From assembly GCA_963791625.1 (NCBI GenBank), contig CAWBTA010000005.1, forward strand, positions 138,508 through 202,507: a stretch of DNA of 64,000 nucleotides, written 5' to 3'. Numbering within the stretch: the first letter of the stretch is position 1; each line of letters begins with the position of its first letter. Positions 44,662 through 55,870 of this stretch are shown here, piece after piece. The DNA is from an uncultured Acidimicrobiales bacterium. GTDB lineage: Bacteria; Actinomycetota; Acidimicrobiia; Acidimicrobiales; Ilumatobacteraceae. The position numbers and the translations under genes were made by a program. The notes below the pieces were generated by a model. That model saw only the letters and a list, made by a program, of their open reading frames with translations, searched no databases and had not been told where the DNA came from.

Positions 44662-45531
44662 GTGAGTTCAGTGTGTGTCATCGGGAACCCGGCCGCGGGC
44701 GACGGGTCTGCTGAGGCCGTTGCCAATGCCGTGGTGGCGGCAGCCGTTGCTGCCTGCCATGATGTCACGCTGTCGCTGCCCGAATCTGAGGCCGGTACCA
44801 ACGCTGCGCTTCGCAATGCACTGCAAACCGAGGTCGACCGGGTCATCGTTGTAGGCGGCGACGGCATTGTGCACCTCGCGGTCAACGCGCTGGCCACGAC
44901 GGGCGTTGTGCTGGGCATCGTCCCCATCGGCACCGGTAACGATGCTGCTCGCGCGCTTGGCCTTCCCGCTTCGCCTGCTGCAGCAATTGAAGCGGCCCTG
45001 CAACCCGCGGTCGACGTGGATGCCATACAAACCGAGCACGGATGGGCGCTCACGGTTGCCACGGCAGGTTTCGGCGTAGCCGTGAACAAACGAGCAAACC
45101 GGCTGCGATGGCCACGGGGCGCTGCGCTCTACAAACGAGCCACGATCGAAGAGTTGCCGGGTCTGCGCCCTCTGCCTCTCACACTCATCGTCGACGGGGT
45201 TTCGCATGATGTCTCGGTGACGCTGATCGCGGTCGGCAACGGCGCCTACTTTGGCGGAAATATGAAGATCTGCCCCGCGGCCGATCCGTTCGACGGACTG
45301 CTCGACGTCACCGTCGTCGGCAAACTCGGCCGTGTTGAACTGCTGCGCTTCTTCCCCACCGTGTTCACGGGAACCCATCTCTCGCACCCGCAGGTAAGCA
45401 CGTACCGGGGTCGTGTCATCGAACTGAGGGGCCCCGCCGAGTTCTGGGCCGACGGCGAACCGATGGGTCTACTGCCCGCCACCTTTAAGGCGATTCCGCG
45501 GGCCTTACGAATCGTGGGCGTGTCACGCTAA
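44662..45531 (+). CDS. Diacylglycerol-kinase-family lipid kinase (YegS/DagK catalytic domain)
   Basis: [11 protein letters not shown]..., [16 protein letters not shown]. Confidence 0.85.
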   Translation: MSSVCVIGNPAAGDGSAEAVANAVVAAAVAACHDVTLSLPESEAGTNAALRNALQTEVDRVIVVGGDGIVHLAVNALATTGVVLGIVPIGTGNDAARALGLPASPAAAIEAALQPAVDVDAIQTEHGWALTVATAGFGVAVNKRANRLRWPRGAALYKRATIEELPGLRPLPLTLIVDGVSHDVSVTLIAVGNGAYFGGNMKICPAADPFDGLLDVTVVGKLGRVELLRFFPTVFTGTHLSHPQVSTYRGRVIELRGPAEFWADGEPMGLLPATFKAIPRALRIVGVSR

Positions 45532-45553
45532 CCTGCGTAGTTGTTGCAGTTCT

Positions 45554-45627
45554 GCGGGTGTAGTTCAGAGGCAGAACATCAGCTTCCCAAGCTGAGAACG
45601 CGGGTTCGATTCCCGTCACCCGCTCCA
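45554..45627 (+). tRNA. tRNA-Gly(CCC); island integration target
   Basis: GCGGGTGTAGTTCAGAGGCAGAACA...cttCCCaag...GGGTTCGATTCCCGTCACCCGCTCCA; its 3' 43 nt are repeated at 63627-63669. Confidence 0.9.
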
Positions 45628-45729
45628 TTGAATTCCCAGTTCAGAGTGGTACTGCGCTCTCCGAGTCGGCGCTCCGCAAATGCGTCGTCGTGCCAGTTCC
45701 GTGCCACATCCGTGCCATAACGGATACGA

Positions 45730-46910
45730 TCGTCGCCATGGCGTCGCACCAGTTGGGGCAAGCGTGCGCAAGCTTCCGTCGGGGCGATTCCAGGCGCGCT
45801 ACTGCATCGATCTACGTCTGGCACATCGGCGCCGGCGACGTTCCGCACGAAGACGCGAGGCCGACGCGTACCTCGCCTCGCGTGCGCGCCGATATCGACC
45901 GCGGCGTGTGGCTCGACCCGGGCGCCGGCAAGGTGACGGTCGCCGAGTACTCGTCGCGCTGGCTCGCGCGAGCGACCGCAGCTTCGGCCGCGCACCGTCG
46001 AGCTGTACGAGGGTCTGTTGCGCACTCACATCTCCCGGCGCTCGGCGCGACGCGAGATGAGCCAGCTCACGCCGGCCGCGAGTGCGTGAGTGGCGCGCGA
46101 CGATGATCTGCGCGCGGGCAAGCCCGGCGCCTCGACGGTGGCGAAGTGCTACCGACTGCTACACGCAATCTTCGCTACCGCGGTGGAGGACGGCATCGTG
46201 CCGCGCAACCCGTGCATCATCAAGGGCGCGTCGACGAGCGGCCCGCCGAGCGCCCGGTCGCGTCGATAGCCCAGGTGTTCGAGATCGCCGACGCGATCGA
46301 GCCGCGAGTTCCGGGCGATGGTGATGCTCGGCACGTTCTGCGGCCTGCGCCTCGGCGAGATCCGCGCCCTCGGCGTGCGTCATGTCGATCTGCTGCATCG
46401 CACCGTTCGGGTGGAGGAGCAGATACCAGGAGCTCTCGAACGGCGAGCTCGTGCTCGGGCCGCCGAAGTCCGACGCCGGCGTGCGCACGGTCGCGATCCC
46501 GCCGGTGATCATGCCCGAGCTCGAGGCGCACCTCGCGTCGTTCGCGGCGTCGGGGCCGACGGCCTGCTGTTCAGCGACCACGAACGGCGCACCACTGCGT
46601 CGAGCGACGCTTCTACACGGCGTGGAGCCGAGCGATGAAGGCGGTCGGCATCACCGGGCTGCGCTTCCACGACCTCCGCCACACCGGCAACACCCTCGCG
46701 GCCATGACCGGCGCGAGCACGAAGGAACTGATGTCGCGGATGGGCCAGTCGTCGCCACGCGCGGCGCTGATCTACCAGCACGCAACACAGGACCGCGACG
46801 AAGCAATCGCCAACGGCCTGAGTTCGCTCATCGAAGCCCAACGCCCCGACCCCACGCCGCCGACCCCGGTCGTACCGATCAGGATTGGTCTGACTCACGG
46901 ACAGCCTTAA
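45730..46910 (+). pseudogene. Tyrosine recombinase/integrase, broken by at least six frameshifts and an in-frame stop
   Basis: Fragments across three frames read collinearly as an integrase: ASVRKLPSGRFQARY / VRADIDRGVWLDPGAGKVTVAEYSSRWLA / RTVELYEGLLRTHI / GKPGASTVAKCYRLLHAIFATAVEDGIVPRNPCIIKG / RPVASIAQVFEIADAIEPR / MVMLGTFCGLRLGEIRALGVRHVDLLHRTVRVEE / LSNGELVLGPPKSDAGVRTVAIPPVIMPELEAHLASFA / GLRFHDLRHTGNTLAAMTGASTKELMSRMGQSSPRAALIYQH. Confidence 0.7.
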
Positions 46911-46931
46911 CTTGCGAGAGCGACCAGGGCC

Positions 46932-48011
46932 TCATCGACTTCGCTGCGATGTCGTGGATCGCAGGCGGCCCAACGTGCTTCGTCGGCGTCGAGATCGGCG
47001 ATGAATTGGAACCGGGGTCGGACGCGGGCTTCCCAGCCGGGAATGTCGACGGGCCGGGTGAGGGCACGGAAGCGAGTCAGGGTGGAAGTCGCGTTCGTGA
47101 CGTGGCCGCAGTGTGTCGGCCGGATCGAGCGGCTTGTCGCCGCGGTGATCATCGACAACATCTCCCCAGACCTTGAGGACCCACAGTCGACGGACGAGCG
47201 CCTCGTCGATGGATCGATTCGCAAACTGTTGCAAGTCGTACAGATCTCGGCCGAGTGACGTTCGTCGGTAGCGCGCTGTGTTTCTCGGCGCACGTCTTCC
47301 GGCTTCGGCGACAACGGGCACAAGCGGAAGCGCGAAACCGTAGTGACGGTGAATCGGTAGCGGAACAAACCGAGTAGCTCCGGCTCAAGAGCGATAGGCC
47401 GTCGAGCAAACTCGACACTTGCCGCGATCGTGGGCGAGCCCAAGGTCGGATGACTGATCTTCATGTCCCAGTGACGGCCATCGCCACGGCTTGGCTCAAG
47501 GCGATACTGAAACCCACCTTATCTGGTTGCCGTCGATGATGGCGCATACGGCGAGCACGACATCTTCATCAGGTGCCGCTAAGTCGAGGTCGGTTGAAAA
47601 CCGCCCATCATTTCCGAGCCGGCACTTTCGCAAGCTCGTCCCGCCCTTGAACGTGAGGCTGCCGTCATCGAAGACGCCCGCTTCGACGAGCAGGTAGAGA
47701 AGATGGTCTTGCGCGACGTCGAGCAGCGCTGCGTCGTAGGCGTCGGCCCGGCCCATTCCGTGGCGGGCGATCAGCGGGCGCGTGAGCTCGGCCACCGCTA
47801 CGCCTTCCCGATGACAGCTTGCAGCGGAGCAACCAGAGCGTCGATCAAGTTGTACTCGGCAACCCAAACCGGATCGGCGGTGTTGATTGCCGGATGAGCG
47901 AATGGGTTTTTCCGGCTTGGCCTTGTTCGAGCAACCCGTCTTTGAGCAGCGACATGCCCCGCTCGCGTTCACCACCAGCGTGGGAGCAAGTACGCGGCCC
48001 TGTTCGCCCAC
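46932..48011 (-). pseudogene. AbiEii/AbiGii-family nucleotidyltransferase toxin, fragmented
   Basis: N-terminal piece ...YDAALLDVAQDHLLYLLVEAG...LTFKGGTSLRKC...GRFSTDLDL (NTase motif); C-terminal piece in another frame ...RDLYDLQQFANRSIDEALVRRLWVLKVWG... Confidence 0.5.
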
Positions 48012-48735
48012 GCCGCCGTCGGTTGCCCATTGAGCAAGGCAGCCAGCCGGTCGTCATCGCAGTCATAAACGAGACGCGGGTGAGGTGAGCGACGAGATCG
48101 GCCCACGAAGCGAACGAGGACGGACGGATGGCGAGTTGAGCGACAAGAGCTTCGGGACCGAACGCAGGAAGGGCGCTCGCCCAGCGCAACAGATCTAGCT
48201 TGCGATCGATCAAGAACTTCGACGACGGAGCCAGCATTTTGTGCGACTTCGCAGCCGATTCAAATCGCACGATCGACACATACCGGCGAAGCCCGTCGGG
48301 TAGCCGCGTCGACGATGGAATCCAGACACTCACCGGTGAGCCGGGATCGCGATCGAGGTAACCGAGATGCCAAGCAGCCGTCGCGCCGCAGAGCATGAAC
48401 CCGGAATCGGGATCACGAGCACGCCAAGCACGCAGACCAATGTACGGATCGAGGACCTCACCAACACCCGGTGGCACGAACGCCCACACGCCATGAAAGG
48501 GCAGCGTGACCAACCATCCGAGCCGACGCAACTCATGCACGGCCGAATCAACCGTCCGATCCATTCCCACCTCGACGAGCCGTTGCGCCAAGTCATCACG
48601 TGTCACGACAGTCGGCATGTCTCGCGACAGGCTCGGGCCACGAGCCCTGCCGCCCACGTCGGCACGTGTTGATCCGGCCCGGTGGGGCTTTCCAAGATGG
48701 CGACGGTTGAACTCATAGCGGATATTGTACCCCAT
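47845..48735 (-). CDS. AbiEi-family antitoxin/transcriptional regulator; 3' end abnormally long, running into abiEii
   Basis: VVTRDDLAQRLVEVGMDRTVDSAVHELRRLGWLVTLPFHGVWAF (AbiEi_4 wHTH) ...FMLCGATAAWHLGYLD...; the 166-nt overlap with the toxin fragment suggests a further frameshift. Confidence 0.55.
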   Translation of the reverse strand: MGYNIRYEFNRRHLGKPHRAGSTRADVGGRARGPSLSRDMPTVVTRDDLAQRLVEVGMDRTVDSAVHELRRLGWLVTLPFHGVWAFVPPGVGEVLDPYIGLRAWRARDPDSGFMLCGATAAWHLGYLDRDPGSPVSVWIPSSTRLPDGLRRYVSIVRFESAAKSHKMLAPSSKFLIDRKLDLLRWASALPAFGPEALVAQLAIRPSSFASWADLVAHLTRVSFMTAMTTGWLPCSMGNRRRRGRTGPRTCSHAGGERERGMSLLKDGLLEQGQAGKTHSLIRQSTPPIRFGLPSTT

Positions 48736-49220
48736 TGGTAACTATTCCGCACTGAGTTCAACCAGTTCGGCCAACGGCGCTGGTACCCGGCCGCTCCCCA
48801 ATCGGGGGAGAAGACCGGGACCATTTCCTTCCCCAGAGGGGTCGGCAGTGCGACAGTAGCCCTCAGCGGCCTCGAAGGAACCCGAATTTCGAGGTCCAAC
48901 TCCGGAAAGGCCGGGGTTGAAAGTGCCAATTTGGTACTGTTTCTCGTCTGTTGGTGGCCAGCAAGAAAAACTGCCACTGGCAGCCACGGACGTGAACAAG
49001 GCCGTCACCGACGTGACCGGCGACGGGAGCGGCTTGCACTCGGATGCGGCCAGTCCCTGGACATGGGCAGGCCGAGCGGCCTGCGCTGTTATCTCACGCC
49101 GGCAGGGTCCGCAATCGGGCGGCTCGGATGCGACATATCGCCGGTTATCGGGCGGGCGGCTTCCGCTGAACCGTGCCTCGCAATCGCTCGACAGCCTGGC
49201 TCCGCAACGATGAAAGGTGA

Positions 49221-49634
49221 TCAGTCCAGCACGGCCGTCGCCTCGACCTCGACGAGGATGTCGGGCTCCGCAAGAGAAGCGACGCCGATGAGCGTTGTCG
49301 GCTTCACCAGATCACGGCCAAGCCTCGTGGTGGCTCGTCGGATGCCTTCGCCGAGCGCCGCCCCCTTGTCCGGGCCCCAATCGACGATGTAGATCGTCAG
49401 CTTGGCCACATCATCGAACGATCCGCCGACCGCGGCCATGGCCCGATCGACGTTCATGTAAGCCTGCTCGACCTGAGCGGCGAGGTCGCCACCACCGACC
49501 GGGTTGCCATCGGCATCGCGGGCCACCTGGCCAGCGAGAAACACGATCTTCGATCCCTGCGCAATCGACAGCTGACGATAGGACGCAGGTTTGGGGAGCC
49601 CGTCTGGGTTCATCATCGCGACAGTCATGTGCAT
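49221..49634 (-). CDS. RidA/YjgF-family protein
   Basis: ...FLAGQVARDADGNPVGGGDLAAQVEQAYMNVDRAMAAVGGSFDDVAKLTIYIVDW...VEVEATAVLD. Confidence 0.75.
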   Translation of the reverse strand: MHMTVAMMNPDGLPKPASYRQLSIAQGSKIVFLAGQVARDADGNPVGGGDLAAQVEQAYMNVDRAMAAVGGSFDDVAKLTIYIVDWGPDKGAALGEGIRRATTRLGRDLVKPTTLIGVASLAEPDILVEVEATAVLD

Positions 49635-50121
49635 TCCCTCATCGAAGTCGGCACCCGCAACGAAGTATTGCCGGTGTGGGATGCCAGCCAACGTTCATCG
49701 GCGAGCCGCTGGATGGCCGGGCGGACGACGCTGAGGAGGCCCCGGGCTTTGAGGTGGCTCGTCGACCTCCAGGAGCCTGGCGAGGTCGCATCAGCGGCCG
49801 CAGCCGAAGACCCGGCGAGCCACACAGAGTCGGCAACGTCCAATCTCTGGCTGGCGATCTGCTGGGTACACGTCACACATTCCGGCCCTTACGCCGCACT
49901 TGGAGCGCGTGTCGTCGAGACGAGAAGGCCGCCGCAGCCGACGAGCCGTGTCCCGGTTCTGAGGACAGCCAGGACTGTGTGATATTCGTCACACACTGTC
50001 GTGCCGTTGTGTACCGCTGTGAACCGTGGCGTACAACCACGTACCACTGCGTACTGTCTGGTCCGACGGCCCCGGAAACCAGCGTGTTGTCGATTGAATG
50101 ACCGGGTGTAAGTAGGTCGTC

Positions 50122-50393
50122 GTGAGCGCGTTGACGACACCGCTGATGACGATGCTTCGACGGTACTTACCGTCGAAGAGGCCGCCGACGTGCTGCGCAT
50201 CGGCCGCTCGCTGGCGTACCAACTGGCGAACCAGTACCTGTCGTCTCGCGGCATGATCGGCATGCCGGCCTACCGCCTTGGCAACTGCATCCGTGTGCCG
50301 CGCTGGGCGCTGATCGAACTGGCGACGACTGGTCGCGTCGTGCGACTCGCCGAAGCCAACGTGCCGAAGGCGAGCCAGACGAATGCGGCGTGA
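50122..50393 (+). pseudogene. Excisionase/Xis-like HTH DNA-binding protein, likely frameshifted near its 5' end
   Basis: Core LTVEEAADVLRIGRSLAYQLANQYL...IRVPRWALIELATTGRVVRL. The plausible start (VSALTTPLMT at GTG 50122) is in a different frame from the HTH core. Confidence 0.45.
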
Positions 50394-50883
50394 CCCGACC
50401 ATCAGCAACGGGCGGTCCGTCACCGTATTGCCAGGCGCTGTGCACCTTCGTCGTGTCGTCGGGCCGACGGCGTGGGTCGTTCTCGAAACGCTCCTGCACG
50501 ACGCCGAGCCGACGGGCAGCGATGAGTACGTTGCTCGCCGGTCGATCCGCGACCTGGCCGCGGAGATAGGGCTTGCGAAGGACACCGTCGCACGCGCCAT
50601 CCGCGCACTGCGGGAGGTCGGGTTGATCAAGCACGCCCAATGTCGGACCGGCGCTGGCACGTTCGATCCCGGTCGCTACGCGATCAGCTTGCCGAACGAT
50701 CGTCATCACCACGTCCGCCGTCATCACGCCGCGGTCGCGCACCGCGTCTCGTTCGACGCCGCGTGCAACTACCGCGGAACTCTCGCTCGCGTTCGAGGGC
50801 TGAGGGATCTTCTGATGAACGACGCGACTCAAACGATGAAAGCAAAGGACAGACAAGTGCCCGCGCGTTGGAGTGTGTCGTGA
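50383..50883 (+). CDS. Winged-HTH protein of the mobile element (possible replication/transfer regulator)
   Basis: VARRSIRDLAAEIGLAKDTVARAIRALREVGLI; overlaps both neighbouring genes by 4 nt. Confidence 0.45.
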   Translation: MRRDPTISNGRSVTVLPGAVHLRRVVGPTAWVVLETLLHDAEPTGSDEYVARRSIRDLAAEIGLAKDTVARAIRALREVGLIKHAQCRTGAGTFDPGRYAISLPNDRHHHVRRHHAAVAHRVSFDAACNYRGTLARVRGLRDLLMNDATQTMKAKDRQVPARWSVS

Positions 50884-52185
50884 TGTTGCGGGTCACGACG
50901 TTGTACGCCGGTACGGCCGCGACCACGGCGGCCTACTACACCGCGTATCTCACCGAAGGCCGACGGCGAGTTGCCGGGAAAGTGGATGGGTCGGCAGGCC
51001 GCAGCGTTCGGACTGAGTGACACGGTGAGCACCGAGCAGTTAGAGGCGTTACTTAGCGGCCGTGACCCAATCGGTGGGACACCGCTCGGCAACGTGCTGG
51101 TCGATCGCACGAGGGCCGATGGCACGGTCGTGCGCGCCGTCGCCGGTTTCGACGCGACGTTGTCGGCACCGAAGTCGTTGTCGGCGTGGTGGGCGCTTAC
51201 CGGCGATGATCGGCTCGCCGAGTGTCACGACGTCGCGGTCGCGGCCGTGGTGCACCAGCTCGAACGTTTCGGCGCGACTACCCGCGTCAGGCACAGCGGC
51301 GGACGGCTGCACCCCGACACCCAAGGTTTGACGATCGCGGCGTTTCGCCAGTCGACCAGCCGGGCTGATGACCCGCAGCTGCACACGCACCTCGTGATTT
51401 CCAGCAAGGTGCAGACCGACGACGGCCGATGGCTCGCGCTCGACGCCCGCATGTTGAAGGGTCACCAACGCGCCTTCGGTGGGCTCTATCAGAGCGTGCT
51501 GCGCGCCGAACTCACGCACCGGTTCGGCGTAGTGTTCGGCGACATCGTGAACGGCCAGGCCGAGATCGCCGGTGTTCCGGAAGTGCTCATCGACCGATTC
51601 TCGAAACGGACCGCCGAGGTCGACCGTGCCGTTGTCGACAAGCTCGCCTTGTTCTGGAAACGAGAGGGGCGCGATCCAACATCGGTCGAACGAGCGGCGA
51701 TCACTCGCGGCTGTGACCGAAGCGGAAGAAGAACTCGGCGAGGCGCGCCACGCGAGGTACCAAGCGAACATCGAGCTGGGTGGGTCGTAATGTACTCACA
51801 AGACGCGGAGCACGACGCCGACTCGGTGAAGCCGATCAGGGCGTCGGCACTGCCATCGCCAACGTCGATCGTGCCGAATGAAGCAGCAAAGCCGACTGCC
51901 AAAGCGCTCGCAGCCGCCGAGCAAGCTGCTGGGAAAGCAAACGATGCCATCCGACGACACGAGTACGCCGAGCGCTACGGCTACCCGGCCCGCCTCGACA
52001 GTGCGACGCGGATGGTCGAGACCCTCCACACCTGGCACGGCTGGGCCACCGGCCACGAAGTGACAACAGACCGAACAATCGACCTCGCCAACGAGCTAAC
52101 GACTGCGTCGGGTCCGTGTATCGCCAGACTCGCCGAGCCGCTCGAATCTTGGCTCCGTGACCGCGGCACTCGAGTTCTGCTGTGA
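50883..52185 (+). pseudogene. MobF/TrwC-family relaxase (relaxase domain only), frameshifted
   Basis: N-terminus MLRVTTLYAGTAATTAAYYTAYL in one frame; core FDATLSAPKSLSAWWAL...FRQSTSRADDPQLHTHLVISSK...IDRFSKRTAEV in another; no helicase domain follows. Confidence 0.65.
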
Positions 52186-52813
52186 GCTGCGCGCAGCGCC
52201 ACAGCGCCGACCTCGTGCGATCAACTTCGGAATCGATCTCTAAGCGGCGGACCCAGATCCAGCTTGCAGGGAAGGTGCTTCCGAGGGTTTACAGGCGTTC
52301 GATGGCACGTGCGACGCCAATCGGGCGCCACTGCCTGCGCTACTGCATGTCGTTAACGAAATGCTCTGAGATGAAAATACGCTATCCCGATCTGGCACTA
52401 GGAGGTCGAGATCCAGGGGAGTTGCCTGGACCATGGTGCTCTGAGTTCCTGCCTCTCAAAATCGGCCGTGTTTCTGCCAGTGAAACACATGTTCGATCAT
52501 GTGTGAAACAATTCAAGCATCTATCGCATGTGACGCGCCATAGTCTGCTACACTGACTCACATGCAACAAGACATCGGCCTTTCGGTCGTTCAGGACCCG
52601 GCCGATCCCATGGTGCCGTTGGGTGGCCGAGCGAGGACCGCAACCCGGGCCCGGGCTCGATACGCCCTACCAACTGATCGCCTCAAGTTTCAAGCACAAG
52701 TTGATGCGCTACGCTCTTTGCAGCGCTGTCGAAGAACCGGCAGGAGCCGGTAAGTAGTGAGCAGCTTGCTGCCTACTTGAGGGTTGCGGTGAGTACCGCC
52801 GGCCTCAATAAAC

Positions 52814-53539
52814 GTGTTCTTCGTTGAGTCAGGCCTTCTTGAGAAGTCGGCCAAGGGGCGCTACTTACCGACAGACGCTGTGATGGAGTTTCAGCGAAAG
52901 CATTCATTCGATCCGCAACAAGCTGGCGCTGTTCTCAAACCGGTACTGACCCAAACCTGGTACGCAGACGTCGTGCGCCAGCGTTTGCTGTTTGGCCCTG
53001 CTGACGTCGATGACCTAGTCAAGGTGCTGGCCGACGACGCTGGCGCCGATGCTTCATTCAAGTCACAGCTCGAATCCCTGATTGATTGGCTGGCACTAGC
53101 GGACGTGATAGCCGTCGCCGCCGATCGGCAAGTGCGGATCGTAGGCGACGAAGCCCGCGGTACCGTGTCGACTGAGACGACCCCTGCGGTGCCGCCAGTA
53201 GCACGGCTTCTAGCCAGTGACGATGCGGACGTGGCGGGTGCAAGCCCGATACCGAGGACCTCGCGCCGCTCGGGCGAGCAGCCTCCTGCCAACCATTCGT
53301 CTGAGCCCCCGGTCTTGAGCCTGGCTTTCGACCTTCGACTATCGGCATCGGATCTGGCCCGCCTCACAGCCGAACAAATCCGGCAGATATTCGAAGGGGT
53401 CGGCCAAATAGCCGCCATCCGAGCCACGCTCGGCGACTCCCTGAACCTCTCGCGAAATGCGAAAGGAGGTGATTTATATGGACAACTCCAACCAAAACGT
53501 ACTGCCCCTGTTCAAGACAGGGATGCGCTGTTCCGGTAG
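52814..53539 (+). CDS. Hypothetical protein (island cargo)
   Basis: ORF with typical high-GC codon usage; no recognisable motif. A strong SD (AAAGGAGGTGA) plus ATG at 53478 lies inside its 3' end. Confidence 0.35.
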   Translation: MFFVESGLLEKSAKGRYLPTDAVMEFQRKHSFDPQQAGAVLKPVLTQTWYADVVRQRLLFGPADVDDLVKVLADDAGADASFKSQLESLIDWLALADVIAVAADRQVRIVGDEARGTVSTETTPAVPPVARLLASDDADVAGASPIPRTSRRSGEQPPANHSSEPPVLSLAFDLRLSASDLARLTAEQIRQIFEGVGQIAAIRATLGDSLNLSRNAKGGDLYGQLQPKRTAPVQDRDALFR

Positions 53540-54189
53540 GCGGCGTGTACGAGGACCAATTCGGAACGACCTCGTTTCACGACGCCCATCGGACGTTTCC
53601 CCCTTGTATCGGGCGGAAGGGCGAAGCAGCCCTTCGGCGCCTGATCAAGGCAGCCTGACGGTCAGTCAGATACGGGTGGCGCGGGCTGCAACCTGCGCCA
53701 CCCACCCAGCATAGCGCTCTGCCGGGAGAACACCAGCGCCAGCGACGCCATCTCGCGGTAGCCGTTGCACAATCGGCCCGTGTCGAGGTTCGAAACGCCT
53801 ACGGCTGTCGAGGTCCGGCGCTAGCTCGCTGTGGGCTGACTAAGGCGCCTTACGAGACTGTTGGTGGGCCTTTTTGCGGCAGTCGTTGGTTAGGACACTT
53901 TGTCCATCGAGGCAACTAAGTGGTCGGTGGAACCTGTAGAGGGTTCTCATTCCTGGAGCTTCTCGTTGAACCCGTCGGCGTCGTCGATGAGGACGCCTTC
54001 GAGCACCCGGTGGACCAGACCCGCAAAAGCCGACCTCGGCCAAACGATGCCTTTACCTCCGCCATCGTCACAGGATCGAGCGAAATCCACCCGAGTGCAA
54101 CCTACGAACACCGTCCGCATGGTGGGATTTCCTCGCGCCTTCCTTGTCGAACGGGCAATGTTCCCGGCAAACGCCGAAATCAGTCTGCG

Positions 54190-55345
54190 ATGTCAATGCC
54201 AATCTCGGCGATCAATAATGCTTCGAGCGGCAAACCTTGTGGCGATGAGCGAGACCGGGACGCCGGCGACATGTTCCGTCTCTTCGACAAACCTCATCGT
54301 CGCTGAGGTCAACTGATCGAACCGCCGAGCGCTTCGGTTGCTGGCGTCGATGTAATCGGCGAACGTCAACGCAATGTCTGTGAGCGAGTTGAGCTCGCTC
54401 GATCGGCGCTAGCAACGCCCAGTCAAACTCGGCGACGTGTTCTCGGCTTGCCGCTGACGGAGCCTTTCTCCATCTGTTCGAGCTCACCGCGATCGAGACC
54501 CGAACGGTCGGCGATCTCGCCAAAAGTGATCTGGGCAGACATCGGTCCCGACGTGCCATCTGTTCCATCTTGAACGCGGATCGGGTAGGTACGGAAGACG
54601 CCGATAACCTTCCGCACCCGTCGGTGGGCCGATGCCGGCTTCGGCGAGGCAACCCGACGATGTCGTGTCCCTTGAGGTGACATGGGGATACGGTCCGTGC
54701 AGGAGGCTTAGCGCTGTCCCCTGGGTTCCTTCCTGGAGGAGGATCTTCTGCCCGGCCCGATAGGCCTCGTCGAGAACCTCGCCGCTCGGGCGGAGGGGTA
54801 CGGGGCGCAGTTCAGGCATGTCGGCAGCGCGCCTCATCGTAGGCAGTCGCCGAACCCCTCGATCCAGTTGGCCGCCTCGGTTCAAAATCCGTTTGTGCGG
54901 TCGTGGCACCAACGCCCTTTCCCGTTGATCCGATTCGGGCCACGATGCCCTGTTCCAGCTCCCGGTCCCAGGCTTCAATGATGATAGCGTTCGGGGTCGA
55001 TGGCGAGCCGATCAGACTCGACGCTACTATCGGCGATTTCGCGAAGGAGAACATCCAGATCCAGCACGGCACCAGGACCAATCACAATCCTGGCGCGTTT
55101 GATTCGCCCGCGTGCCGGATGGAAGCGATCGATGTGTGAACCCCGACCCAGGGGCACTTTATGTCCGGCGTTAAGGCCCGCCGACCCGCACGAGAATGTC
55201 GTATTCAGGCGCGAGGAAGAACGCAATGTTTCCCTTGCCTTCGCTTCCCGTACTGACCTCCCACCAGTAGGTCGACGAGCTGCTCACAACCACGCGGCAA
55301 CAACCCCACTCGTGCCGCACATCGCGTTACGATTGTCTGCCCGCG
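54190..55345 (-). pseudogene. Divergent adenylosuccinate-synthetase-like (PurA/PurZ-like) gene, multiply frameshifted
   Basis: Collinear fragments: VGGQYGSEGKGN / LNAGHKV...IGPGAVLDLDVLLREI / [14 protein letters not shown] / [24 protein letters not shown]...GIGP / [12 protein letters not shown]...GKPRTRRR / ELNSLTDIALTFADYID. About 30% identity to the host purA at 22820-24094. Confidence 0.6.
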
Positions 55346-55393
55346 CTCCGAGCGGTACGTGTCGATTACTACGTCTGCCTCGGTACCAAGTTC

Positions 55394-55870
55394 CTAGTCA
55401 CCTGACTCCGTCGGATCGGCTTGCACCTGGGTGTACGAGCCGAGCTCCGCAATGCCGCTCGCACCCCGCTGGTTCTCCACATACCGGTCGGCAAGAACGC
55501 CCACGGGTGGAGTGAGGTGGACATGAACTACGTCGTGGCCAAAGGCCTCGTGGATATGACGCAGTTGGTTGGGGATGCGGATCGAGTCGACCACGATTAA
55601 GCCATCAAAGACCGAGCCGCTCGGTGTTTCGCAGCAAGGGCATCCGCAACCCATCGGCCGTCGGTTCGCCGATCAAGGTCCTCACCGTACTGCTGTAGGG
55701 CTTGGCGCTCTTGCAGAAGAATCACATTATCGTTTCGTGCGTGAGCGTTCATAAAGCGAACGACGAGTGCTGACGTGATCAGCACCGAACTTCACGGCGA
55801 GTGCCTGTGCGAGTTCCGATTTGCCAGGACGCGACAGGCCCTGACAGGACAACTATGCGCGGCCTCTATG
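55394..55870 (-). pseudogene. Small P-loop (nucleotide/nucleoside) kinase, frameshifted
   Basis: Walker A GLSRPGKSELAQALAVKFGADHVSTR, then in other frames ...LIVVDSIRIPNQLRHIHEAFGHDVVHVHLTPPVGVLADRYVE... Confidence 0.45.

Noticed and set aside
49295-50101. 268-aa Arg/Pro-rich plus-strand ORF
   Set aside because: Antisense to ridA, then runs across the non-coding GTAC repeat array; no protein-like features.
53478-53714. 78-aa ORF with excellent SD (AAAGGAGGTGA-N7-ATG)
   Set aside because: The translation is Arg/Ser-rich and unprotein-like, and it overlaps the preceding ORF. Noted in the feature evidence but not called as a gene.
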